Below are positions 48,213 through 59,785 of a stretch of DNA of 64,000 nucleotides, piece by piece. Location of the stretch: assembly GCA_048772705.1 (NCBI GenBank), contig JBLWGC010000230.1, positions 1,054,001 to 1,118,000 on the forward strand, written 5' to 3'. The notes below the pieces were generated by a model that was given only the letters and a program-made list of their open reading frames with translations, searched no databases and was not told the DNA's origin. Position 1 is the first letter of the stretch, and the number at the start of each line of letters is the position of its first letter. This DNA comes from Leidyana gryllorum EB-2025a (Eukaryota > Protista > Apicomplexa). A program made the translations under genes and the position numbers.

Positions 48213-51200
48213 ATGGGGGGTTCAGCAAGTTCATCCAAAGGAGAGAACTCCAGGTATGGAGAAGAGAGATTCAATAATTGTGGTAGCCGATATCTGAATG
48301 TATTCAATGAGTTGAGCTTCGAAACGGGCTCCAAACTACACTTCTTCCAATTCTGTAATGGCGACCGATACTATGGGTGCGTGTTCAATACAGTAATCAT
48401 TTGCTACCGGTGTATCACTCGTCAGACCTGTGGATCCAGATGGAGTTCCAGGGGGAGGTAACGGGCTGATTTTGTATCGGTGAGGAGTAAAAACACCCCA
48501 CACGAGTTGATTGAATTTGCCGCGCCCACAATTACAGAGACGGATCAGCGTTCGTGGGCGGCGTCGACAGAGGGAAACGGTCAGGTCGAGGTACCTTTAT
48601 ACACGCCCCCAGTGATGTGCAATATGACGGTGGGGCAATTGTTGGTCTCTCACCAAATCCAACTCTCCAGGCGGATGGCTCGACGACAAGTGGGATGGCG
48701 ACGGGACCCTTTATTCTGTTCACGATCAGACTATCCTCAAAGGCACTTGGAATCGAGGCGAACTGGCCACTGAAGGCCGTCGGTATGACCTCAGAACGGG
48801 CATAACATGGGCGTGAGTATTCACAATTTCCTCAATCTTCCCCTGTTCACCCTCCCACAACGCCACTCGACTCGCAATGTGTGTGTTTGTCAGTGAGACA
48901 TACGAGAACGGTCAGCTGATTTCACAGCGTATATTAGAGATGAGCCCCAGGTCCAACGCAAGCACTTCGTCATCTAGAACAAGTCGGCAGAGCTCGGAAG
49001 AACGAGTCTCTACCGGTGGCGCTAAGGGTGGAGAAGCAGCCGATGGATTGTTTGAGCAGCCAGACCATGTCACTGTTGGGGCGCGCCTGAGCCATTTAGA
49101 GTTGCCGGGTCCTTCGAATGCCAGTTGTCCTCGAGGATCGTTGTCTGAGTCTGACAGCAGAGTTCTGGATGATAATAATCCTCTGCAATCGAGTGTGCTG
49201 CAAAGTCGTCGAACGTCGCGATCTTTCTTCAAGTTGGGAGCTGTGTCGTCCATTGTTGGTTCCCCTTCCTTCTTGAACTACTGCTCCCCGCCCCCGACAG
49301 CGCTGAAAGAGTGTATGGATAGACGAGGACAGAGCCTCGTTGAGGGCGTCGCGCCAGCGCGTCTGGATTTCTCGGGGGTCGGGTCGTCCCCGCAGAACTT
49401 CGCGAGCGCTTTCACAATCAACTCTGTTCTCCCAGGAGACATACACAATTACAGTCTCGCACGAGTTGTGTCCTGGACAACGGACGATGTGCTGCAATGG
49501 TTGCGGTCGTTCGATGCTCCCTCTGCTGTTGTCGAAGCTTTTCGTCGACACGAGGTGATCGGTTCGACTCTTCTGACCAGCATCAGTCGAGAATCACTGA
49601 AGCGAGACATTGGCATATTTCCCTTTGGCTACCGCGCCAAAGTGATGGAGCATTTGAAACTACTCAAGTGAGGCTCTTTCTCAGTCCCAATCGATCAACC
49701 TATACTCAATTCTTGCAGACTGCAAGTGTGCTTCGCTGAGGAAACGCAATCAGCGTCTGCATCGTGCATGAGCGTAACACCGCTGGCTCCAATAAACAGC
49801 TGTCGAGTGTCTCCTCTGATCACGCCGCATTCTGACAGACCTCCTCGAGACGCCAAGAGACTTTCTCTGACCCCGAACCGGATTCCGGCATCGGCACGTC
49901 AAACTGACTACTCCAGGCGGAATAGTCGCCTACCGGACATCGCCCCTTCTTCGGCAACTACCAACTTTTATATCCCTTTTCACCAACTGGAGTTCCACGA
50001 GAAGGTGAGTGAGTGAGTGAGTGAGTGGTCTTTGCGCTGGCCGCAATGTGTCTGTCTCACTCTTCTTCCTTTCGCAGTTGGGTGTGGATTCCACCAATAT
50101 GTCGAGTGTGTTCAGAGGACGTTGGTTGGGAAAGGAGATCGCCATAAAAGTGTTCACTGGCTGGCTGGTGAACACAGACGCGTGGTGTCAATATGTACAG
50201 TCACTCATTGATCTGCGGCATCCGAATCTCATATTGGTATTGGGAGTGTCCCGCAGGGCTCCGGATCTCCATTGCGTGGTGATGGAGTACGCTGCGCATC
50301 AATCTCTTCAAGAGTGAGTTTGCCTCTCTCTCCAACGGTGCCGTTATGACTTTGCGCAGTCTGTTACACGGCGCAGAACTCCCTCACCTCTTAGACGGCT
50401 GGGCGAACGTTCCCGTTGGAGACTCTGTGTGCGGCCGGTCAACGCTCAGTCAGCTGTTGACAAGATTAGGCTTCCAAAGCAGACGGATACCCACGTTTCA
50501 TAAACATGAGAATCGAGGGCTGGCCACCGTCACGTCGGACGAAGCGGGATCCTGTATGCCTATCAACCCGTATGCCGATGGAGAGTAAGTCTGACGAGTG
50601 ATACCCCTCTCATTCAAATTTCTGTTAAGCAAATGCGTTGACGAGGGAATGGCGACATTGGCGCTCGGCAAAGCTGAGTATCCAGCCACCTGCTCGGTGT
50701 GTCCCCATATCGATGATTATCTGAATATATTGGTCCCTCCCTCCAACACACATGAGCATGACACCCATGAACATCTGGACTGGCGGGGGCTGGCTCGATC
50801 CAAGTCGACCCCCCAAAAAGCAGACGAAAGTCCCCGAGAAAGAATGACCAATACGCTGTTATTAAGCATTGCAAAGGGTATCGTTCTGGGTTGCATATAT
50901 CTCAATCAAAAGGGCGTAAGTCTCTCGCCCTGCCGTCTCAGCAGATTGTGGATGTCCGACAGATTTTCCACCTCAATCTCAAGCCTTCAAATGTTCTAAT
51001 TGACGAAAGCTTCCATGTCAAGTTGACTGACTTTGGGCAAGCAATGTTAGCCGAGGCCTTCACCAACGCCCCTCTGCACCCACCAGTCCTCAGCAGACCG
51101 CCCTCGGGCAGCTCTGGGAATTGGCGACTGGCCATCTCACCACAAAATGTTGAAGTTCGATGTCGACATTGTGGAGTAAGATTCGACGGATCCAAGTCCG

Positions 51201-51685
51201 CGGTGGTGGAAGCAACCACGCTACGCGCCCGTCGACTCAACTGGTGCGCCCCCGAAGTTCTCCGTGTACCTCTCCGCTACCATGGCTGGGATGATCACAG
51301 CGACGTTTACTCGTTCGGATTAATTCTGTGGGAGATGGTAAGTCAAAACCTTCCCAAACCAAAATGCAATTCGTCCTTGCCCCGCAGTTGACTGGCCGAG
51401 CACCCTTCATTGGCCTGGGACCTACCCACTTGCGCGTGGCTGTAGGATATTCGGGCTTTCGAGTGCCTCTTGTGCGTGTGTGGCTTCCTCTGCAGGTAAG
51501 AGACACAATGCTGCGCTGCTAGAGTTGGGTTTCTTTTACAGCGGCTTTTGGGAAGTTGTCTTGCCTTCATGCCGCGCGAGCGCCCTTCGTTTGCAGAAGT
51601 CCTCTTCACCTTAGTGAACATTCACCAGTTCGCGAATACAGCTGCTGAGGAGGCGCTGATCGCCTTCATTCAGGGTGTTGACTAG
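48213..51685 (+). CDS. MORN-SAM-tyrosine-kinase-like (TKL) protein, probable pseudokinase, with an N-myristoylation motif
   Basis: MGGSASS N-terminus and MORN repeats (NGDRYYG, GKRSGRGTF). SAM domain WTTDDVLQWL...IGIFPFGYR. Kinase motifs IAIK, HPNL, HLNLKPSN, DFG, APE, DVYSFG and RPSF. Confidence 0.85.
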
Positions 51686-51690
51686 CTTTA

Positions 51691-52422
51691 CTACCCGCGT
51701 CTGTCGCGGGTCTTCTTGTTATACGCCGCAATTTCCTGGTTGCGCTCTAGACGGAAGCGTATAGCCGCATCTCGTGCTTTATCAAACCCTCCGTAGCTCT
51801 TACAGGTGAAGTGCCGGAAGGTTCGCTTTCCACCAAGTGTCCAGGACACAACCCACGCCTGATGCACTCTGTCCCACACCACGCCAGTCACACCACTCGA
51901 GTACTTGGCGTGCCAACCGTGCGCTGGCGGGGTCAGTGGCCGATCTCCAACCGTAGGCATCTTCTTCACACCAGGATGCACAGGGGAAGGATAATAGCCT
52001 CCTTCTTCGCCTCTCATCGCTTGTCGTCGTTGGGTCGGCACGAGTTGAGACACGAAAGGATAACCGCCTTGATGTGGTTGGGGAGGGTACCCATAGAACT
52101 GGGCATCCCCCACCGGAGGCTCAGACCTGAGCATGGGGTGTGTCGAACCCGGTAGTGGAGCGGACATAGCTCCCACTGGAACGAATGATGGAGTACAAGA
52201 GGGTGACGAGTGGACTGCTGGGAGTGGGACCAAACTATGCGGCAAGGAATGCGATGATGGAATCGAAGACGTTGTCAATTCCACTCCAGTGGTGTCGTAA
52301 TCCGCATTCTTCGCTCGAACAGCCGATTCGAAGGACTGGGACGGGATAAGCGCTATATATGGCGGCATGTTTGATAACATATCCATAGCCTGGGTTTGCG
52401 CTTGTTCACCTGCAGGAAACAA
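51691..52422 (-). CDS. ApiAP2 transcription factor (single C-terminal AP2 domain; 5' end uncertain)
   Basis: SGVTGVVWDRVHQAWVVSWTLGGKRTFRHFTCKSYGGFDKARDAAIRFR is a typical apicomplexan AP2 domain. Confidence 0.9.
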   Translation of the reverse strand: MFPAGEQAQTQAMDMLSNMPPYIALIPSQSFESAVRAKNADYDTTGVELTTSSIPSSHSLPHSLVPLPAVHSSPSCTPSFVPVGAMSAPLPGSTHPMLRSEPPVGDAQFYGYPPQPHQGGYPFVSQLVPTQRRQAMRGEEGGYYPSPVHPGVKKMPTVGDRPLTPPAHGWHAKYSSGVTGVVWDRVHQAWVVSWTLGGKRTFRHFTCKSYGGFDKARDAAIRFRLERNQEIAAYNKKTRDRRG

Positions 52423-52663
52423 TCATAACGATACGCTCGCTTTCAATTATCGAATCGACACGAAACATCAGCACATTCGCAACACGTCAAGATGGACCAA
52501 TTGCCCAAAACTCGGGAAGTCACACACACTCTCCCGGAAGTGTGTGCAGGAGACATCATACTTTCGGGACTAGTCAACCACCTCGAGTAGGTCTCGAGAG
52601 GGTGTGGAACACGCCATGAGCACTTTTGCAATATCGTAATTGCGCTCGATTATATTGAACATC

Positions 52664-53173
52664 TCAATTTGGATGCACAGTGATCATAGATTTCTTACAC
52701 AGAGATTTGATGTTATTATTGGGGGCTTGACGAGACAACAGTATTTTTGCCTTGATTTCGCCACGAGCACGAATTTCATTGATCATTCGGAGGAGGGTAA
52801 CGGCGAGCGCATCTTGAGTGCGTCTCTGAGCCTGTAAGTCAAGGGTGGGGGACAACGAAGGAACGGGGACGGGAGTTTGTGGTTTCCTGAAGGCGAGTAA
52901 TTCTTGCATCCAGGCGGGGATATCATGGGGTCTGATTCCTGGCGGAGCTGGATTGAAGCTCTGTTGTCTTTCAGGTTGCATTCTGGGCATGGGAGCGTGG
53001 GATCGGATAGGCTGTTGTTTCTCAGCCACATCTGGGGCGAAAACTCGGAACTCGGGAGTTTCCTCATGAGGTTTAGATGAGCCGACTGCCCAGAAATAGT
53101 CTTCTTCGCCATTTACAACATCTTCGCTGGGGACCCCAAATGCTTGAAGGTGGTTTCCCAAGTCAGCGTGCAT
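52664..53173 (-). CDS. Hypothetical protein (separate small gene or upstream exon of the ApiAP2 gene)
   Basis: ~170-aa ORF from MHADLGNH. Its splice connection is unresolved. Confidence 0.4.
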   Translation of the reverse strand: MHADLGNHLQAFGVPSEDVVNGEEDYFWAVGSSKPHEETPEFRVFAPDVAEKQQPIRSHAPMPRMQPERQQSFNPAPPGIRPHDIPAWMQELLAFRKPQTPVPVPSLSPTLDLQAQRRTQDALAVTLLRMINEIRARGEIKAKILLSRQAPNNNIKSLCKKSMITVHPN

Positions 53174-53258
53174 CTTCTGGCTTGAGGTCAAGGCAGACAA
53201 ACCTAAATTAATAGAAAAAAAGTGGAGGGCACTTAGTTAGTTAGATTTGGTGGTCCGA

Positions 53259-56200
53259 ATGAAGAGACCCTCTCCGGCAGCGACCGCCGGCCCTATCAAC
53301 CCACATACGCTCAGAAGCTTTGGGCGTCAATCACAGGATGTACAGTCCTTTGAGCCTGGATCAACGTGTTGGCTGCTGTATTGGCCGGAAGAGGGCGCGA
53401 ACCCTGATTACATTCCGTGTGTTGTGGTGGAGGTGGTTGATGAGGAGTATGTAGATGTTAATCTGATTGGTGACGATGAAATGCCTCAATTCCTGCGTGC
53501 GGTGAGCAATGAGTTTCGATTGTGAGATTGCGGAGACAGCCCATTTCAACACTGTTGAAAGCGGATTCCAACTTTATGCACCATGACACGGCCGCATTGG
53601 ATGCACTGAACTATCCCAACGTCTTGGAAACTATTCGTCAACGCTTCGAACACGCAGCACTCACTCCAGACAAGAGCTTCATCTATGTTAGTTGTTCCCG
53701 AAAAGAAGCTGAGATCTGATGACCAATTCTGATAGACTTATGCCGGATGGATTCTCTTCGCGGTGAACCCCTACAGTCGATGTGACTCTATGTACGACGA
53801 TTCGTGGTGTGAACGGTATTTTCGAAAGTCCATTACCCAAGAGCTCCCTCATCCCTTCGCTATTGCCTCCATTGCCTACACCAAACTTATTGCTGGTGAG
53901 TTGGACGGCTCGTCGTGGCGGCGGCGAGCAGTCCCAAAGTCCTGCCTGTCCAGTGTTCTGTAGCCGCACGTGCTCTGTTACTTCTGTCTCCACACCCTAC
54001 TGCCGCTCACTGACGACTGACCCAACATAAATCTCTTAGATCACGTTCCACAATACATTCTGATTTCGGGGGAGAGTGGTGGCGGTAAGACTGAGTGCTC
54101 CAAGGTAGGACCAGTTGGCCTTCCATACTTCCTTCCATCTCGACCGTCTGCCTTGTGTTCAGCATATCCTAAGATATCTCACCTGGGTGACCTGGCGACA
54201 ACGGCGACAGCGAGGCCGGATATCGATCGGAGGTCCCGCGGATTCCGCCGAGCGATTAGCTCAGTTATTGATAGAAGCAAATCCTTTGCTCGAGTTCTTT
54301 GGCAATGGTGCGTCCGCGGGGGTGTGTCTTGGCCGCGCTCAAACAACGTCTGTTTCCAGCAAAAACAACCCGAAATGATAACTCTTCCCGCTTTGGAAAG
54401 CTGTTCCAAGTGTACTACGATGCGAATGGCGAGCATCTGCTGTCTGCTCGCTTGTGTACCTACCTGTTGGCAAAGTCTCGGGTAGTACAAGTGCCACAAG
54501 GAGAGGAGAACTACCACGTGTTTCATGCCTTGATGGCTTTAGATTCTCAGACATTGAAAGGGTTACGATTGGAAGAGGACTTTTCATCCCCATTTCTCGG
54601 GGATAATCAGGCCCACAACGCTAATTCCGCATACCACGAAGGAGGACCATTCCACATCAGTCAACTTTGTAACGCTCTCGACGTGTTTGGGATCTCCACC
54701 CGTTATCAAGTGTGTCTCTTTGAAGTCCTTTCGTCAATATTGCATCTCGGAAACCTCGAGTTTGCGCAAAGACCGGGTGAGCAGCGCGTGCGAGTGGCCA
54801 ATCCAGAAGTATTGGCCATCGTCTGTAAGCTATGGGGCGTTGAGGATGAAGGACTCGGCGCCGCTACAGATCGACTCGAAATTCTTCTGACTTCGAAACA
54901 GATTCGCGAAACTCGATCCCTCCTCACTGTCAGTCAATGTAAACACGCCACCTTTGCTCTCGCTAAAGGTCTCTACGAGGCTTTGTTCGAGTATCTCGTT
55001 GGCATCGTTCGGCGCGTTCTCTCGTGTACAGGCGCCGGCGAGGTCATCGATGAAGAGAGTGAGTCGCCACCGTCTGTCTGTCTGCCTCCACCACACTCCG
55101 CAATTCATCAGATTGTATTGGAGTGTTGGATCTATTTGGCTTCGAGAATATGGAACCGGGGAGCCGGAATGGGTTCGAACAATTGTGTATCAATTACGCT
55201 AACGAGGAGCTCCATCACCATTTCCTCCGCGAGGTTGTCGAGAAAGAGAACCAAATATATGCTGCTGAAGGCTTAGTCCTTGTGGAATCGGCCTTCGGGA
55301 ACGTAGAACAACTTGTCTTCAGCGAAGCCCTCACTGTGCTTCTGGGGTCCCGAAACTCCCCCGGCGTCTTCAACGTTCTCGAAGACAACTGCCGGATGCA
55401 ACAGAATCGTGATCCTGACCTCGCCTTTGTGCGACAAGTCAATCAGCTTCTGACCTCTCTCCGGCCGCCTTCCCCCGGAAAGAAACGGCGTAAGGCTTCA
55501 AGTCTAATACTCCCCGACCCATTGGTAGGAATGAACGCAGAGGGCAGTGGGGGACGGCTCTTCACTATCCATCACTTTGCCGAACCAGTCACATATACGG
55601 CCGATGGGTTCACCGACCGCAATCAGGACCACATCTCGGAAGGTGCGCTGTTGTATATATTTCTCTCTCACTCTCTGTCTGACATTCGCTGAGCAGAGAT
55701 CACCACGTTTCTGTCCACTCAAACCGGCGGTCACATCCGCGTCCTCTTCCCAGTTATGGATGAAGTGGTCACTCACACCACCGCAAAGAAAGCCACTGTC
55801 AGATCCCTCAGTTCTGTATTCATCAAACAAATGACTGGGCTCACCAATGCGCTGGAGAAGACAAGCTGCTATTTCATCAAGTGTCTCAAGCCCAATGATA
55901 CCCAAGAGCCCTTCGAGTTCGACAGCGGCAGAGTCCTTCGTCAGCTCACCACCGGGTAACTACAAAGTGCAAAGTCATACATCTCTCGCCACTCAGAGGG
56001 GTGGGGCCCGTGTTGGAGCTGATGACCAAAGGGTACCCCTGCCGAGTCACCTATGACTCGCTGTGGCAAAAGTTCGCCAATTACCTCCCGTCCGATGTCA
56101 TCGTAAAGGTATGTGTGGGAGTGTGTGATGAGAGCTTCTGAGTGCATCACTGGCTGCAGCTGGATGCCCGCAGTTTCGCCGAGTTGACGATGGGGTTTCT

Positions 56201-59200
56201 GGATTTGGGTCACGATCAATATCGGTTGGGTATCAGTCGGGTATTCTTCCGGTTTGGTGTTTTACAGAAGATCGAGGGGATACTGCTTGGTTTCGACGAG
56301 CGTATGGCAAATCGATTTCGAAAGGAAATGCACTCATGGTATAAGAGACATCAATTCGAGAGAGCCATTTGCGCTGTCATGACGCTGCTGAGGTTCAGCA
56401 AGCAACGGTTCCGGCATCGTAAACGCAAAGTCATGCGAGATCTCCTCAATCATTTTGCTACGGTTATCATCCCAGAGAAACAAAGGTGCGCTGCTGTGGT
56501 GATCCAACGACGGTGGCGAGTCTTCCGCGACCGCCAATTGTTCAAAAGGACACGGAGAGCAATTATTCAGATACAGGTGAGGTTGAAGGCAGCCAGCGTT
56601 CTCAGTACTTTCCACCTTACAGCGACGCTTCCGGGCTCGCAAATTCATGCAACGGCAACGGTACAGAATGTGGGTGATGCACTGCGGCCAGGGGGTCGTG
56701 GCTCTCCTGAATCGTCATTTTCTGCGAGTCCTCAAAGCTGTCGATCTCAAATTAGCCAGCGCTATCAAAATCCAGAAGCTTTGGAGAGGATATTATACTC
56801 GAAAAGTACTGAGACGCTTGCTGAGTGCCATTAAGCTGCAGTGTTGGTGGCGAAGGGTGCGTTGGGGCGTCCGTATAGGCACGCGAGGACGTCTGCGAAG
56901 GGAAGACCCCTCCAACCGTCTGGCAGACATCACTCCTGTCCGGGCTCGGGGTTCAGTTTCGTATTTAAGACGCGGGTCCCTGGAGCGAGGAGGGGTAAAT
57001 CCTACATTCGAAGAAAACCGAATCATTCTCGAGATGGCGAGCAAACGGCCGGATATTGGGCGGGAGACTCACAAGTTGGATTACCAACGCTCTCGGCGAT
57101 CGATCTTTGGCAATTCTGTCTCGCGTCAGTGCTCGCCGACCCTCACGGCCAGTCGCCTCGCCCACCCTAAAATCCAGGATGAGCATCTTCGGGCTGTTCT
57201 TCCTGACTTCCCCCTATATAACAACGCCGATGGAAACGGGCCCACCAGCCTATTTGCAATGCCGGACAAATCGGGCCGAGCCCACAAAGGGCACTTCAAA
57301 CGGTCGCAAACCCATGAAGATCAACGTAACCCGACACTTGCCGGAGGACAAACGCCATTTGCACCTTTGAGTGTTCCGGGTCGAACAGAGGTTGCCGCCC
57401 CCCCCCAGAACGAGTGCAGACCAACACCTTTACCCCGACCACCTGGATCCCAACTACAGCAGGCCCCGGCGCACTACACTCGACCACAGCCCCCTGTGGG
57501 TGTCGACGACAGCTCCCGTCACTGTGCCCGCGCCGCGCCATCGCAGTTCGCTGCCGACTCGAAACGTGCCGTTCAGCAACAGTTTCGACCGAAAGGCTTC
57601 GCCCAGGCCACCATCAGCTCTCGTCAACAGCTGCTGCCCCATCAACAAGTTCAAGAACGACCATCTGATCGTGTGGTTCATCATCAAGTTCACCGCGGAG
57701 CACCTCGGCCTGACCCACTTCGCAAACAAAGCAGCTTCGGAGGAACCGAAAGCCAACGGTCGAGTGCTACTGGAGAACCTCACCACGTCCTGCCTTTCAG
57801 TCGTCAGCCAAGCAACAGAAACAGAGCTCCGGTGGAAGTGGAACCCGTTCGTCCTTCAGCAAGAGAGGAACCGCCGGTGTACCGAAAAGTCGGACGTCTG
57901 GAGGCAGACAGCGGTCGGCAGTCGCATCCGAAAGAAGTCTTCTCGTCGTCGTCCGGAGTCACATCGGAGGCCTCGTGTCCCGAGCCTGTCAGCAGTCACT
58001 TTGGCGGTCAGCGACGACAAGCCTCCCGCAGCAAACCGTACCAAAACTTCCGTCCGAGACTCACCCAACGCAAACCGCAGCAGACGACAACAACAGACTC
58101 CGAAGAGGCGCCGAGGCAGTCCGAAACTGAACCTGCCCCTCCTCCACCGCCGCCGCCTCCACCAGTTGAGGAAGTCGTTGCACCAAGTCAAACTCCCGTC
58201 CATCTGGATATCTGTGACTTTGGTGACAGCGAATTGCAGCGTCATTTGCGAGAAATCGAGAAACCTTTGGATCCCCCTCAGTCTGTGGCTGCACGACTGT
58301 CGATCTGCAGAGACGACATCAATTCCAAATTCGAGCGGTCTAATAGGGCAGCGCGGTATCGCGAAAGCCTCAAACGGGACAGCTTATTGCCGAGTGAACC
58401 CTCTTCAATTCTCCTGGACAAAGACGGAGTCCCACCGCCGTACGACGCCAAAGAAGACAAAGAGAACATCCCGGCCGGAAGACTGTCTGTTGGAGATCTA
58501 CCAGGGAAGCCGCGACAAGAGACCAAGATGGGCAGTGGAATGTGCAAACCTTCATCTGCTCTGGATGAGATCCCGGAACTGAAGCCGTCAACGGATGTGG
58601 TGAAACCGGTCACCACCACAACGAGCGTTGGAGACCCTACGATGGACGTATCGGCCATGTCGCTGCCACACTGTCGTCTATCAGTGAACGCGTGGAAGGA
58701 ACAGGCGGAAAGATTAGAGCTGGCCAGCCCGGTACGGCCAGAGGGTGTGTTAAATGCGACATCATCGGGGACCGAGGATCTCGAGGATCCGGAACAGACC
58801 CCTCTTTTCGGCGGACGGGATGATGAGAAGGTTCCGCAGGGTGTTCTGCAGATGGAGGCCCCACCTGCGGCACCACTCCCACCCGAGCACGTCAGGAGGA
58901 ACATCAATGAGAAAGAGAACACTCCGCGGCCGTTCCAAATGAGCAGCGGTCCGCAATCTCAGTTCTCGCAGCATTCTGCTCAGAGCAGCAATGCTCCCCA
59001 GCGACGAAGCAATGATGTCAAGCCTGGAAGCTCAGCCGTTCTGGCATCGCACACACGGCAAAACAGTCAAGCACTGAAAGCGGCAAACGCTGGACGGCCT
59101 GCGGCGGCACTCCAGCGTCAAGGCAGCAACAACAATGCCAGAGGGGCGCCCCCTCTCCAAGCGGTCCGTCAACAAAGCAATGGCAATAGACATGCTGCTC

Positions 59201-59785
59201 CACACTTTGCCAACCAGACTCGCGTGACGAATGCCGGCCACGGTCGGCAGCCGAGCTACAACAAGAATTTGGGTCGGCAGAACAGCAACAGTAACGTCGG
59301 CCACGCCAGACAACAGAGCAATAATAACGTCACTCACGCAAGACAACAGAGCAACAGCTCCAATAAGAACCGTGCCAATGGAGGCCACTGTCGGACAGGG
59401 AGTGGAACTGGCACCCATAAAGCCACGTATAACCAGCCGCTAGGCAGACAGCGACACGAGTCGCGTCCCCACGCTTACTATCCCGTACCAGTTTCGCATC
59501 AAGCAGACCCTCATCAAAAAGTGCAGGTTCCCAGCCTCGCCACCCACACAGGTGTCCGCACCAAAACTGTTGTCACCATCAAGCCTTCCGATGAGCACAC
59601 CATTCCCGGATACGGTGATCGAATCCCTCGGAGGCCGAACAATCAACCAGGTGAGTACTGTTCTTGATTCATTGCTACAGAACTACGTATATATATATAT
59701 ATATATCTTCTTCTTGTTCATCTCAGAACTTGTGGTGCGCATATCAAGGAGGAGACCGCAACAACCCCCTGCTGCTCGCGTATAG
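53259..59785 (+). CDS. Unconventional myosin heavy chain with IQ motifs and a ~900-aa disordered tail (multi-exon)
   Basis: FAVNPY, P-loop GESGGGKT (~54069), EANPLLEFFGNAKT, NDNSSRFGK, LDLFGFE, FEQLCINYANE and YFIKCLKPN. About 4 IQ motifs (IQRRWR, IQKLWRGY, LQCWWRR). Confidence 0.92.
59688..59706. repeat. (TA)n microsatellite in the last myosin intron
   Basis: Run of tatatatatatatatata between a gtgagt donor and a tctcag acceptor. Confidence 0.85.

Noticed and set aside
52553-52615. atactttcggga resembling the U3 snoRNA 5' box A region
   Set aside because: The match is short, boxes B, C and D are not found in order, and the region can be read as minus-strand coding or UTR.
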